Positions 1 through 12,000 of a stretch of DNA of 64,000 nt are shown in pieces. The position numbers and the translations under genes are program-made. The stretch spans positions 930,001 to 994,000 of the forward strand of contig OX337232.1 of the NCBI GenBank assembly GCA_946965045.2, read 5' to 3'. Each line of letters begins with the position of its first letter. The first letter of the stretch is position 1. Under the pieces are notes generated by a model that did no database searches, was not told where the DNA came from, and saw only the letters and a list, made by a program, of their open reading frames with translations. Source of the stretch: Epithemia pelagica. Lineage: Eukaryota; Protista; Bacillariophyta.

Positions 1-210
1 ATGTGGGGGAACAATGCAACAACTTTTTGGATGAAAAAAGCATTACCCGCAAGAAAGCGCCTTCCAATTCTGAACAACCTTCCAATTCTGAAGCCCCCAC
101 AGAAGATCAGAGCACCACTGTTCCCCTCCGTCGCTCTGCTCGCAATCTTTCGAAAAGGTGAGTATCGTTGTTCAGACCCTTACTCATACATAAATAATAG
201 TTTGTTCTGA

Positions 211-930
211 TCAAGAGGAAGTGATGATTTTGAGATTGTGGATGATGTACAGCTACGTATGGAAGAACGCAACTCGAAGACTGAACAAAGGCGTAATGAT
301 CAGTCTTACCAGGCTAGCAAAATGATCCATATGAACCAAAGGCCGTGGTTTTCAGTTAACATCGGAGACCCAGTGGCTTTTTTCCCCGATGGAAGAGACA
401 GAGCGACCCACTCAAGGCTAGGTATTCATTGCCTTGTCATTGGAGTTTCTAGAGGAAGCTATCCTTCTATAAGAGTAATGATCCCAGAAGGAATTATTGG
501 AGACAAGAAATCGAGAACGTCAACTTGGTTCCCACATGACAGATATAATGTGATGCATCCGTCATCTCCCTTGGGAACAGAACGTAGGAAAATACAGACT
601 CAGATTTTGAATCAGACCTTTGATTCTAGAAGCTACCCTATAATTCCTGTACGAGAAGCACATAGAGTGACATATAGCAGTCAACGATCAATCAAGAAGA
701 AACAACCTATGCTACAAAATCGAAAAGTAAAATGCAGTTGTAAAAGACTTGGAATACAATGTTCCACAGAAAATTGCAGATGTCGAAAAGCGGGGGTCGT
801 GTGTTCACATCACTGCAAATGTCTTGATGGCCAATGCATGAACAGGCGAATTCATGGGACAATATTGCCTGGCAATGATCCGAATTCCATGACAGGGAGT
901 GACGTTCCAAAGAACCGCCCCACAGTATGA
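211..930 (+). CDS. C-terminal exon of a transposon integrase-like protein (KRBA2/Ginger-type tail) ending in a CXC cysteine cluster
   Basis: The ORF reads ..QASKM..NIGDPVAFFPDGRDR..LVIGV.., resembling the post-core region of KRBA2/Ginger-like integrases, then KCSCKRLGIQCSTENCRCRKAGVVCSHHCKCLDGQCMN (CXC). Possible upstream intron gtgagt(158)..ag(~215). The catalytic core would lie outside the window. Confidence 0.5.
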   Translation, partial: SRGSDDFEIVDDVQLRMEERNSKTEQRRNDQSYQASKMIHMNQRPWFSVNIGDPVAFFPDGRDRATHSRLGIHCLVIGVSRGSYPSIRVMIPEGIIGDKKSRTSTWFPHDRYNVMHPSSPLGTERRKIQTQILNQTFDSRSYPIIPVREAHRVTYSSQRSIKKKQPMLQNRKVKCSCKRLGIQCSTENCRCRKAGVVCSHHCKCLDGQCMNRRIHGTILPGNDPNSMTGSDVPKNRPTV

Positions 931-1755
931 TTGCTGCTTCCATCACGAGATTTTGAACGTTCATGTCGAAATGTGCAATGGCGCACAACCCTTCCGTCAA
1001 ACAATATGGTTATGCCATGTGTAAGTTTGATAACCAGACCATTGTACGAACGGCCATTGACTCGGAGCAAAATATCTGGAAATACAAAGTACCAATCTGT
1101 AGTGGAATGTGGCGTAGTCTCTGCAAATGTAACAATACACACACTGGCATCGTTGACATCAACGTGTGACGCATTTTCCAAATCAACACTAATCATCCAT
1201 TCGCACCACCAAATTCTTCAGGAATCGTAATGCCAGATTGCTTACGCAAACTCTGAAAAAGAGAGCGCACACCTGGGTATTGTTGGTCAGCCAATTCAGC
1301 AACTCCAAGACATACGGACTTGACATAATCTTTTAGCTTTTTGTTGTCTGGCAATGAAATACACTTGTTCGTCCGTTTATAGCGATCAAACATGACACCA
1401 TACCCATTCATTTGTCCATAATCACCTGCATTTCGACGCGCATTCCCACGTGATGATAATGTCGTATCTCTAACGACCTTGTTCAAAGCTAGTGACAAGT
1501 CTTGGTACAAGTTGTCGGAAGACTTCAAGAAAGATACGACAATGTTTGATTGGCCTGTTGGGCGTTTATTTGCATCCAATATTGTGGTCTGAAAGGCATA
1601 AATCATTCTCTCTTTTGAACGTGGATCGTGTACATAGGCTGTGGAATCGTGCAAATTCTGATAAAGAGCTTGAGGAACATAACGATGACATCGGACCTTG
1701 TTGGAACGTGACCGTTCAAATAGGGCCCGATAAAAAAGACGTCTGTTACATACTC
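852..1755 (-). pseudogene. TET/JBP-like 2OG-Fe(II) dioxygenase domain with one frameshift at ~1196
   Basis: ORF 1193-1654 ends GGANG and overlaps (ATGA) ORF 852-1196, which reads SVDLENASHVDVND..WYFVFPD..LTHGITILFDGRVVRHCT, i.e. the HxD...H iron triad in a TET/JBP-style context. The frame extends upstream to an acceptor TACTAACATTATTACAG at 1756. Further upstream exons (to ~2645) are unresolved. Confidence 0.65.
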
Positions 1756-3404
1756 CTGTAATAATGTTAGTACCAAATAATCAGGAGGGAGCAAAGGAGT
1801 GTCGTCATCAGCGTCATGAAACTGAATACTGTGAACAACCTTGGGATTCTACATGCCCGTGATGTGATTGACCGTCCACACTTGGTTGATTTTCTTGATA
1901 AAGCTTCCCAATGCAGGCTGGCCTGTTTTGTAAACTATCCGGAGCCACGAAATTGGCAGAGGTACAAGGGATGAAGTAGTGATTGTGCTCCCAATACCAC
2001 TCTGTACCTCACTGAAAATTCTCGTCGGATCAGAAACAAAGGCAGAAGTCCAAAAAACAGATGTGTACGGGAATATGATAATAAGTGTACGGAAAATATC
2101 GTCGAACTGATCGGAACAGAGTTCTCTGGAGGTACGGGTTCTATGAACCAATTCGTAATAGGGGGACTCATCTGGAATGCGTGGCTTTTTGTGTGTACGG
2201 GACAATACGCAGTCAACCAAGAAGGCATCATGCAATTCATGAGTCAATTGCAGGGATACAGCTTCTTGAATTCGGAGAGAATGTTGACCTGGTATGGAGC
2301 TGGATGTTGATTGTAAATCAGATAGAGCCTGCCGAATATGGGGAATCAAGATGATGGGGATATCAGGTACAGATGATCTGACAGATGGGTGTGGAAAATG
2401 CTGGTTCAGTTGTTGTGTGCATTGACGCACAAAGATGACTTGGAGGAAGGATGGTAGACAGAGGGATACCATCTCTGTCAGAACAGAAGAAGATTGAAAT
2501 TGTCGGTGTCAAAACAAAACACTTCACGTTTGACAGGGTTGCGAACACTCTGGTACACATGAATGATTCCTGGAGGGAGGTTTATTCGGTTGGGGTTTCT
2601 CTTATGTTTGATCAAAGGCTTCGTCTTCTTGTTAGCCTGAGACATGGTTGATTGTTCTGGAAGCAGCAATGGATGGAAAAGGAGTAGTGTCGTTGTGAGG
2701 GATAACATATGGGATGTTGAACGATGAGGATGTTGGATGAAGATCTAGGGGTTGAGGTAATCCGTGACTGAACCCGACAAATCAAATGGTCGCAGAAACA
2801 TGCAATCATTTGTTCCGACAAATGATTGCATTGCATTCAAATGTCTTTTGCACTCAAATGACGTGTAACAGATCCGCCAGTTCTGCCCTTCCAACAACAC
2901 CACCCTTATATGCGAACGCTTTCCTCCGCAAAATTTACATGCGGAGTGCGGGTGGAGCAAGGTTGGAAGCAAAATCACGCGCCCACACCCACACCCCACA
3001 CACCACACACTCAATGCGTCGAACAGTCGAAGTCTTCCGATGATGGATTTATCATGGACAAAAGAGACGACAGAGTCTATCTAGGCACTAGTATTGTAGA
3101 CAAGTACATATAGTCGGTCAACTGTTGCTGCCTTGGTCTTTCGGAGTCTTTTCCATCCACCAGGAGGTTGTGTTTCCATAGAGCATGGAAATTGACGTGT
3201 CTTTCCATCATGAGCTCGTAGGGCCAACAGAACAACTGGTGAAATATACAATGGATACTCTAAATGATAAGTAGTCTATAAAGGGAATGATTATTGTGTC
3301 CGGAAACCATCCCTTTGCTTGCCATCGTCTTCCTGAAGTTGCTCTTCTCTTTCCTTTTCGATTCCATACTTAAGGCGACCCATACGCGTTTCCGTGACGG
3401 TCGG

Positions 3405-3553
3405 GGATTTTGAGCGCGCCCGTCGCGCATGCTCCGCATCTCTACATCCGCCCACCCATAATATAGACGCGCGGAGCATGCATCGTGGAGCATGCATTGC
3501 TCCCCCCATATCCATGCTCCGCCCATGCTCCGCGCGCCCGATAACATACCCCC
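3405..3553. mobile_element. Probable DNA transposon terminus (subterminal CATGCTCC repeats, terminal CCCCC followed by TTA)
   Basis: Clustered direct and inverted CATGCTCCG/GGAGCATG motifs at ~3428-3535 and a GC-rich palindromic stretch ending ATAACATACCCCC|TTA. The partner end is not in the window. Confidence 0.35.
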
Positions 3554-3739
3554 TTAGAGAAGTTTTTGTACTATACGGATAGTCTGTGTAAATGTAAAGT
3601 AGGATCTTATCACGTGGTGGTTTCCAAAGAAAAAAGAAAAGTCAGTCATGATGACAACATGACAATATACTTTGACCTTTGACCGAGTCCGTTGGATTCA
3701 TCGCGCACCATCTCCCTGATCACCAAGGCCCTGGCTCCA

Positions 3740-5701
3740 ATGAGGCGGATGAGTGATCATCTTTTCCCTTGGTGGTGGTGGTGGTTGCTGCCGGTGGACG
3801 GAACCGTCAGTCGATTGATGGTTCATGTCATTCCAGCCTTTGGCTTTCGTCATGACTTGTGGTGGAACGGTCGCCACTCTTGTTGTTCCCGGGTGCCAAG
3901 AGGTCACCCACTTGTATTCCAACTGGCAAACGATCGTGCCGGAAAGGGATCACCACCACCGTGGTGGCACTTTCACCTTGCCAACCATCAGGAACCGGTC
4001 CTGGAATCCACCACCCTGGACAATCAGCCGAATCGGACCGCCCGAGTGGGCACCGACACACCCATGCTGCAACGACACACCCAAGGTCGCAAGGCTCAAC
4101 TTCGACGCAAACCCATCCATCGTCGTCCCAAGTATTATTGGACCAATCCCACCAATCTGCGGTTCGAATTGCACGAGTTTTGGTCCAATCCGCATGGACG
4201 AAGCACCCTTTCCCACGGAAACGACTCGGTAGGAGGAGGAACAACAACAACCGACGACGACGGCCGTGTCGTCGTGTTGATTCCCAATGAAAGTTTGTTG
4301 TGTCATTTTGGTCGTCATGATTTGCGAGCCGCCATTGCCTCCCAGGGAGGACGATCCGTCGTGGTACGTCTCTTGCACCCCGCTCGGATCATGGAAGGAC
4401 AATGGCAACGTGCCATGAAACAACACTACCCACAAGTCGAACGATTGATTCAGCAACATGATACCTTGTCTCGTGATCATTCACCCTTTGCCCTTACAAC
4501 AAGCAGCAGCAGCACCACCACCACCACCACCACCACCACCACAAACGATGCTACCCACAACACGACGACACGAGCGACTGACATTCCTGCACATGCCGTG
4601 GAAGGACTGTCAGAGGACGAGCAAATGAAGGTACCACCAGATGCAACATCTATGGTATCTAGAGACTTGCCGGATTCATCCCAACTCTGGAATTCGTCCG
4701 CGTCCTCATCGGTGGTAACAACGACACCCAGCATGGCACCACACCACTCCTCACTGGCATATCCCAAATGGTCACATCAAACTGAAACTCGAAATCCCAA
4801 AGGATATTTGACGATGCAACGTGTCGTGTGTGAATTGTACAAGTATGTCGATGGCGTCCAACGGGAACAGGGTCGTCCGTGTGTGTGGATGCCACGCTTG
4901 AGTGAAATTACCGGTCGAGGATGACACGATCTGACGCAAGCCTTGCGGCGGTTGTTTCGCCCCCCGGATGACGCTCCGCACAACAACCACAACCACCAAC
5001 TGTCGTTGCATCATACCATTTGTCAACGAACGGGAATGATTCCCTACCGTGAATGGTATTACTTTGAAGGACAATTGGAGTTACTGACATTGTTGAAGGA
5101 CTATTTAGACGACTATTACGACAGTGATTATTCCATTTTCCCGGCGGTCCATGCCATGAAGAAATCACAGTGCTCCCATTACCACCACAAGTTGCATGGC
5201 CTTATTCAATATTATGGAGGAAGCAAGTTTTTGGCCGCTCGTTTCAACCTGCACATGCCGCCACCGAATGGCCATGACAATCGCCACAGCAAGACCGTGT
5301 CATTGGGGATACCGACCCTCAGTTGGGGAGCCTTTGATTTGATTTTTGCCATTCGATTGTTGAACATGGTACGCGAGGACTTGAGTCGACAACGTCCACC
5401 TCTTTTACGATCGTCGGGAACACGAAGGATGCCCCGTATATGGATGCCGTCGCGATCGAAATTGTTGCAATGGAAGGGGTTGCCGTCATGGACCACTGGA
5501 AGAACACCACAAGACAACGGAGAAGAAGAATATGATGATGATGAACCAGAAGACGAGTCGTCACACCCCAAGGAGGACAACGACGACAATGGTGAAGAAC
5601 ATGAAGGACGTTGGTTGGACCAAAAAATAATGGAATATGGAGGTTACGAAAACGTGGCTCGACGATTGGGATTGGCAATTTTTCCATCGCAGGAATACTG
5701 A
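3740..5701 (+). CDS. Algal helical-repeat protein (RxPKYYW..NL..EL / MP..L...GR.DL..AI...GG...VA..LGL repeats) with an in-frame TGA at 4922-4924
   Basis: ORFs 3692-4924 and 4943-5701 are in the same frame, and the repeat motif GRG*HDLTQALRRL spans the stop. C-terminal repeat IMEYGGYENVARRLGL. Confidence 0.65.
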
Positions 5702-7003
5702 CCAGGACAAGATCTCCCTCAAGGCTTCCAAATTTTTCTCCAACATACCAACAAAGCTGCCAGTGGTGACATTTCCGTCAATGGAGAGACCTTCTAGGTC
5801 GCACGATGGCAGAACGAGTGTGACGACAGTGCCACCGGTGGTCGGAGTGCGTCTGACGAAGAGCGAAATGCACGAGACGTTAAGGTCCGTGCTTGAATAG
5901 TTGACTCAACGTCGTGATCGCACTGTCCAGAGTCGCAGAGAAATAGCCAAACACACCAAGTTCTGCCCGGGTTTCTTCAACCCCTGTCCACGAAGAAGAA
6001 GAACTGGGATTTGGAACAAAGAATCGTGCCATTCGCCAACAAGAAACCAAGCATCTGACTCTAAGACTTGATGGGTGGATTACCGACATGTTCCCCTTGG
6101 ATGCTTCTAGTTCTTGTCCCGTGTCGTTGCGCTCGATCATGACACATGCCGACGAAACTGCCGACGACCACTGGACGGGGATCCCGAGCTAATGGCCCAT
6201 GCACCGCCTCGGAAGCGACCTAGTTTTGCCAGTAATCATAAGTACGCTCCTAGTTTTTCAGCGTGACACCTTGTGTCACCGAGTTGAGGGTGTGTCTTTG
6301 GCCCGCCAAAATCCCATGGTCTAGACCACATGCCGACGACGACGCGTCGAAAGACACAGTGTGGTCTGTGACGTCAAGTAGCTTGCTCGGACGAGAAGGG
6401 GTACGTACTTTGGGGTCGACAAAGATCGCAAAGATACCCTTCTGGCACGTGCGCTCTGGGGTCCCATTCAAAACTTCTCGAAAGAACCGATTCTGCGGTT
6501 CTCACAACAGCGAATGAGAACACACGACAGACGGTCTTTCTACTATTCAGGGGTAAGATGGTGAAGATAATTTATATCAACAATGGTGATTTTCCACGAT
6601 GGGACACTAGGTTGTCGGAAGATTTTTTAAATTAGTCGCATAAAATTTCAAAATGGATGCCATCACTTGGCTCCTTCGTACGTCATTTCGAAAAATGACG
6701 TACTTTTGAAATCGAAAATGTCCGAATCATCTCGACACGGTCACAACCAATCAGGGAAGTTTGGTTGGTCGGCGATGGTTGGGGAAGACGAGATTGGACG
6801 GTGCAAAACTGGAAGTTGAGGAGGTCAAGAATTGAACAAACGCGTTCGTACTTGCCACAACTTTCCTGAACACCAGCTGTCAAAAAGACACGAGACACTG
6901 CAACACCATCCTGTCTTGCTGCAACTCTTTCCCATCAAAAAGAGAAAGACACATCAACCATCACAAACCCGAAAGCTTTTTCGTACCAGAATCTATTATC
7001 ACA

Positions 7004-7912
7004 ATGAAGATTTGCCTGACGCTCCTCGCTCTCCCCGCCGCTGCGGGTTTCATGATCCAGCCCTCGACGCAGAGTCTGACTCCGTTGTTCTCTTCTTCGT
7101 ATTTGGGCAACCTCAATGGTCCGGCTGCCGAAGCCGGCGTCCAGCCTCCACCAATGAAGGACTCGTCCCCTACGACAGGTTCTGCCTTGTCGAACGTGAA
7201 CCTCTCCGAAAAGGCCAAGAGTATCTTGGAAACTGAAAACGTGGTTCGCGTGCAAGGTAACTCTCTCCGTACATGGTCGTTCCAGACTCCCGCTATTAAC
7301 CGTGTGCAGATTTTGATGAAGACCGAAGGACGTCCGCTCAACGCGAACGTTGATCTCTGGCAAGGTCCCGATAACACACCTCAAAAGATGGCTGTGTACA
7401 TTGAAGATGCCAACTTGCGTCCCTTTAGCGCCATTGTGGAAACGCCAGGGGGTCAGAATGCGATTGCGATCCGTAACACGGCCACCATGGAATACCCATT
7501 GGATGCCTGCGTCGAAGCCGAAGTCCAAGATGCCGAACTCATTGCCACCACGGCTGGGTTGGCCGAAGCCGCGATTCCACGTGTCATTCAAGGAGGTGCC
7601 GTGTTCACCAAGCCCTTTGCCCCCACCGTCCAATCGATCCAAATTTTGCTACAGACAGACGGTCGTCCACTCAACGCCCGTATCGAGCTCTTGCAAGGTC
7701 CCAACAACAACAAGCAAGTTGTGGAAGTATACACGGAAGACGGTACGGAACGCCCCTTCTTCATGATTGTCGAATCGCCAGGGGTTGGCAACGTTGTTCG
7801 TATCTGTAACACTGCCACCATGGAATACCCCATTTCCGCCCGAGTCGAACCATACGTGATTGATGAATCTATCACGGAAAGCTCCAGTTCAAGCTTCTTC
7901 ATTGTTGACTAA
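7004..7912 (+). CDS. Plastid-targeted protein with an internal tandem duplication of a ~110-aa domain
   Basis: Signal peptide MKICLTLLALPAAAG|FMIQP (ASAFAP-like). Two copies of RVxQG..S(V/I)QIL..T(E/D)GRPLNA..(D/E)L.QGP(D/N)N..Q...Y.ED...RPF..IVE(T/S)PG..N.(I/V).I.NTATMEYP. Confidence 0.85.
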   Translation: MKICLTLLALPAAAGFMIQPSTQSLTPLFSSSYLGNLNGPAAEAGVQPPPMKDSSPTTGSALSNVNLSEKAKSILETENVVRVQGNSLRTWSFQTPAINRVQILMKTEGRPLNANVDLWQGPDNTPQKMAVYIEDANLRPFSAIVETPGGQNAIAIRNTATMEYPLDACVEAEVQDAELIATTAGLAEAAIPRVIQGGAVFTKPFAPTVQSIQILLQTDGRPLNARIELLQGPNNNKQVVEVYTEDGTERPFFMIVESPGVGNVVRICNTATMEYPISARVEPYVIDESITESSSSSFFIVD

Positions 7913-9055
7913 GAGAGAAACCTCAAGACTACTTAAAAGATCCTCAAGGTCTTTCTATTGTTTCTCTTTTATATTGCCACTTTCTTGTTCACACAATGCA
8001 GAAAATGCACACCGGAAGCTGCGGGCGGTGATTGTCATCATACTAGATTTACTGCGACACACAAAACCCTTTCCACCAAAACCCTCAGAAACAAGTTTGA
8101 TTTTGTGTCAAGCTTTGTAGATTCGAATCATTCACTTTATTTCTATTGCTTAATTTACTAATCCACTGTGTTATTTGTGCTACCACCCTGCATGGATCAT
8201 ATAATATCATTCTATCCGGGTCGAACTACCGGTGCAAGTGGACGCTGGAAACCATGTCGTGGCTTTGTTGTTTTTGTTGCTGCGGTCGTCGCCCGACCAC
8301 ATGCCGATGCCATCACCGATTGCTTTTTTTTGTGACAGTTTGAGAAGCGAACGGTTTCCGCCTTCACTCATTGCATGTGCAACCGCAACCATCAACTTGG
8401 ATCTTGAATCTTGAATGCATCGCCATCCTCGAGAATCCAGACGCGATCGTCGGGTGCAGGACAGACGACCCCCCAAATCAAAATGAATCCTTTCCCCCAG
8501 ATGTCAAGAGCAAGAAGAGCAGCAAGAAGCAAGACCAGACCGTCCGTCGACGGAATCCTTGAGTACCGGTTGTGCCACGTGTGTCCTGAGGAGAGTAGTT
8601 ATGAAGTGCGACCGAGTACTGCTTGTGCCGAGCCAGTCTGCTTGGCGGCAGAATTTCACACCGGCCAGCGACTGTCCTCCGACAACTCCACCACCGGCGG
8701 GTGCGCACCAGCTGCTGCATCAAAACCCCGCCGATCACGCTTCCTATATTTGATTCGGTGGTGCGGTGTTTGAAATGGACTGTTCTCTCTATTACATAGA
8801 GAGAGAGACAGAACCATTGGACCCAATCATCCTCTTCTTGTCGTCATCATCATCATCCTCGTCCGTTCATCAAAGCATTTGCAAGTCCAACAGAACCTGA
8901 TACAGTCCATCAGAACAAACTGCCAGGAACCGACGTTCGTCGAATCGGCACGTCGAATCGGCATTGGAAGAGAAGAAGATCTTTTCTTCCTGATCCATCT
9001 CTTGGGTGACAGAGAGTGGGCCGCTGGCCGCTGGTCTTCCCATTGAATCACACCC

Positions 9056-12000
9056 ATGTCCTCACGGTCGTCCACTTGTTGGAGGACGACTCCACGAACA
9101 GGATCTAGAAGAAGAATACCAATTGCAGTACCAACAGTTCCAAGTACACTGAATTCTGGTTCAAGACCACCTGGAACTGCAAGACGAAACTCTCATTCGT
9201 CGTGGCAGCGGCATCCATCACCGCACGTCGTGCGGTTGGTGGTACTTTCGTTCTTGCTCCTGTACCCAAGTCTAGATCACCACAATGGTTGTCACAGTTT
9301 TACATTTCCTTTTTGGTCCGCCAACACAAAGACAGCGAGACCGCATCTAAGCAGCAATAGAGGAGGAGGGAGAGAGGGAAGTCGTAAAACCGATTCCTCC
9401 TCGTATCTCGAGTCCATTCTTCCCTGGTGGTCGTCGTTCCAAACTCAACGACAAGAACGCACTGCAACAACGCAACCAAGTAGATCCACTCGTTTGTGGT
9501 TGGGATGGGGTCAGCCAGCAACGCCCAACAATTCCACAGGCGAAGGCAGTGGACCTTCGTCGTCGTCGTCGTCATGGGAAGATTTGGCTGCCCAATGGTC
9601 TTCCATGAACCGTGGAGACGGCGACCAGAATCCTCAAAGCACCACGACGCAACAACAACAACCATCGGTGTATGCCTCCTTGGCCGAAGAATGGGCGGCC
9701 ATGAACCGAGAAACCATTCCCCATGGACAAGATTCCACCCGAGGAGGAGGAGGAGAAGGCACGCTGGACCCTTCCGTGCCTCCCCAACCGGCACCCCCCA
9801 ATTCTTATGTCCCCGATATGCAAGAAATGGAAGCGCAAGCCCAAGAATATGCCGCCATGACGCGAGCGGCAAGTGGTGGTATCATTCCTCCTCCACAGGG
9901 GCACCACCACCACAATGGTGCCACCACCCCTCCTGCGTCGTCGGACCCTTCACACACGTTTCGAGGCGCTCAGGAACCACCGCCCCTGTCACCCACTTTG
10001 TGGATGTCGTCGTCGTCTCCCGCAGTGGCGGCCAATGAATTGGCACGAGAATGGACGGATCGGAATCGAGAAGCAGAGGCGGCCTTTGGTTCATCCAGCA
10101 ATGTTCACAGTAGTCACCAAGGGAACGTGGCAGAAACTGCCTCCCACATTGGCGCTGCTCCACCCTTTCAGTTTGATGTGCCGCACATGTCGTCGTCGTC
10201 GTCGTCGTCCTACGCGCCTCAGCCTCGTGAAGAAGCACCAGAACTACCACAACCACCACCTTCCCTGTCCTCCAAGCCAATCGGCAGACACATTCCCGGT
10301 TCGGCCATGGACAATTTGGCGAAACAATGGGCCGCAATGAATCGCGAACGAGCCGGAGGAGGAGAGTGGAAACAGCCACAACATCCGCAACGAGGAGGAA
10401 CCGTTGGTACGGGGAGTGCCAATTCGGTGGCGGATTTGGCCAAGGAATGGGCGGCGCGCAACCAAGCCCGAACTGATGGAACGGCACGAGCCGCCGACGC
10501 GGTGCCATCGGCCTTGGAACGGATTGCGGCTGGTGCCTCCTTTGCACCACCGCCCAATCAGGAATTACCTCCCCCAGACACTGCCGTACCACCAACACCA
10601 CCACAGGAATCTGAACCTTGGTCGCCCTATCACAATGTCCATGAAGCATCCGAAACGGCAGAAACAACCAGGACGGGAACATCACCACCGTATTCGCCCG
10701 CGGCGGGAGGTCCCTCCATTCCCCATCCTGTATTAGGTGGTCCGGCTACCAATGACGCACAGTCTTATCCAGTGGATCGATCGAACATGATACCTCCACC
10801 GCCACCACGGCCCGCAGTCTCCTCCTCGAACAAGGACAGTGTCATGGATCCACGCAATCCGTTTGACTTGGAACGACCCTTTGATTTGGCGAAATTACAA
10901 CCAGAATTGCGCAAGGGATTAATGAAACACGTATGTGTGGGAGGCGGTCATGGAGGAATCCGGGGACGGCGGGCCGTCATGGAAGATTTTAGCAATCCAG
11001 CCAATCAACGAGATTACGAGGCTGCCATGTCCGATGCAATCCGACGCGAAGAGGCTGCCATGGCGGCTCGTCGCGATCCGACGAATGCGGATCATCCGAA
11101 TGCGTATGGTGGTGCTTTGGGTGACAGTGGGGCAAGTTCGTCCACCATGACCAACACTAGACCGGATGCCAATCCGAACGACCCCCCAATGGCTGTCGAA
11201 TCACCAAAATCCAATTTATTCTCCATGTCTGGACCGGTCAAATCGGAAGTTCCTCGTCCGGGGCAAGAAAATCGAGCAGGACCTCAACAAGCCAATCTCT
11301 TTGCCGTGTCTGGTCCAGGTGAACCTAAAGTCTTGTTCCCAGAGCAAGTGGTCAAGGCCGAGGGTGAAATCAATTCTCGTGATTTGTTTACCGTGTCCAG
11401 TCCAGGCGAACCACAAGGAAGTGGAACCGAAGATTTCGGTCGTTCGGAATCACTGGCCGGAGGACGACGTGATCCACCACCAAGTCTAGATGGACCGAAG
11501 GAAGGCTCTAATTTATTCTCCGTTTCGCGTCCCGATGAGCCACAGGCTCCTAGAGATTTGTTCTCGGTATCGGGTCCTGGCGGCGAGACCCTCGCCGACG
11601 ACGAACTCCTTCCTCTGCCTGGACGAGAAAACGTGGCTGGTCCACAAAGTCCAATGCCTGCAGGTCGACTGAGAATGCAGTCGAGTAGATCAGCGGGAGG
11701 AAGAGGAGATTCGGAAACCGGTACGCCTCCGATGCCCGGAATTCCAGGAGATCACAGGATGTATTCTGAATCTGGACAACAAGAGAGGGGAAAGTCAGCA
11801 GTTGATGCTCCCTTTTCTCCTCCGTCCGACTCGGGTCCACCTGTTGGCCGCCAAGACTTTGAAAGACCGGATCCCTTTTCTCCACAACAAGGCATTGAGA
11901 TGCCAGACATGGATGGACTGCATATTCCGGATGGACCACCTTTGGACCCGCAACAGGGGAGTCTGGGATGGAAAGGGCGGAGAAAGTCGATTCCAGAAAC

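Noticed and set aside
5880-6830. Short palindromes (GTGACACCTTGTGTCAC; GTCATTTCGAAAAATGAC) upstream of the 7004 gene
   Set aside because: Could be regulatory, but short palindromes of this kind arise by chance and I cannot assign a factor.
8411-8773. RLCHVC..PSTACAEPVCL..H resembling a piggyBac C-terminal zinc finger
   Set aside because: No upstream DDD transposase motifs, TIRs or TTAA were found; too weak to call.
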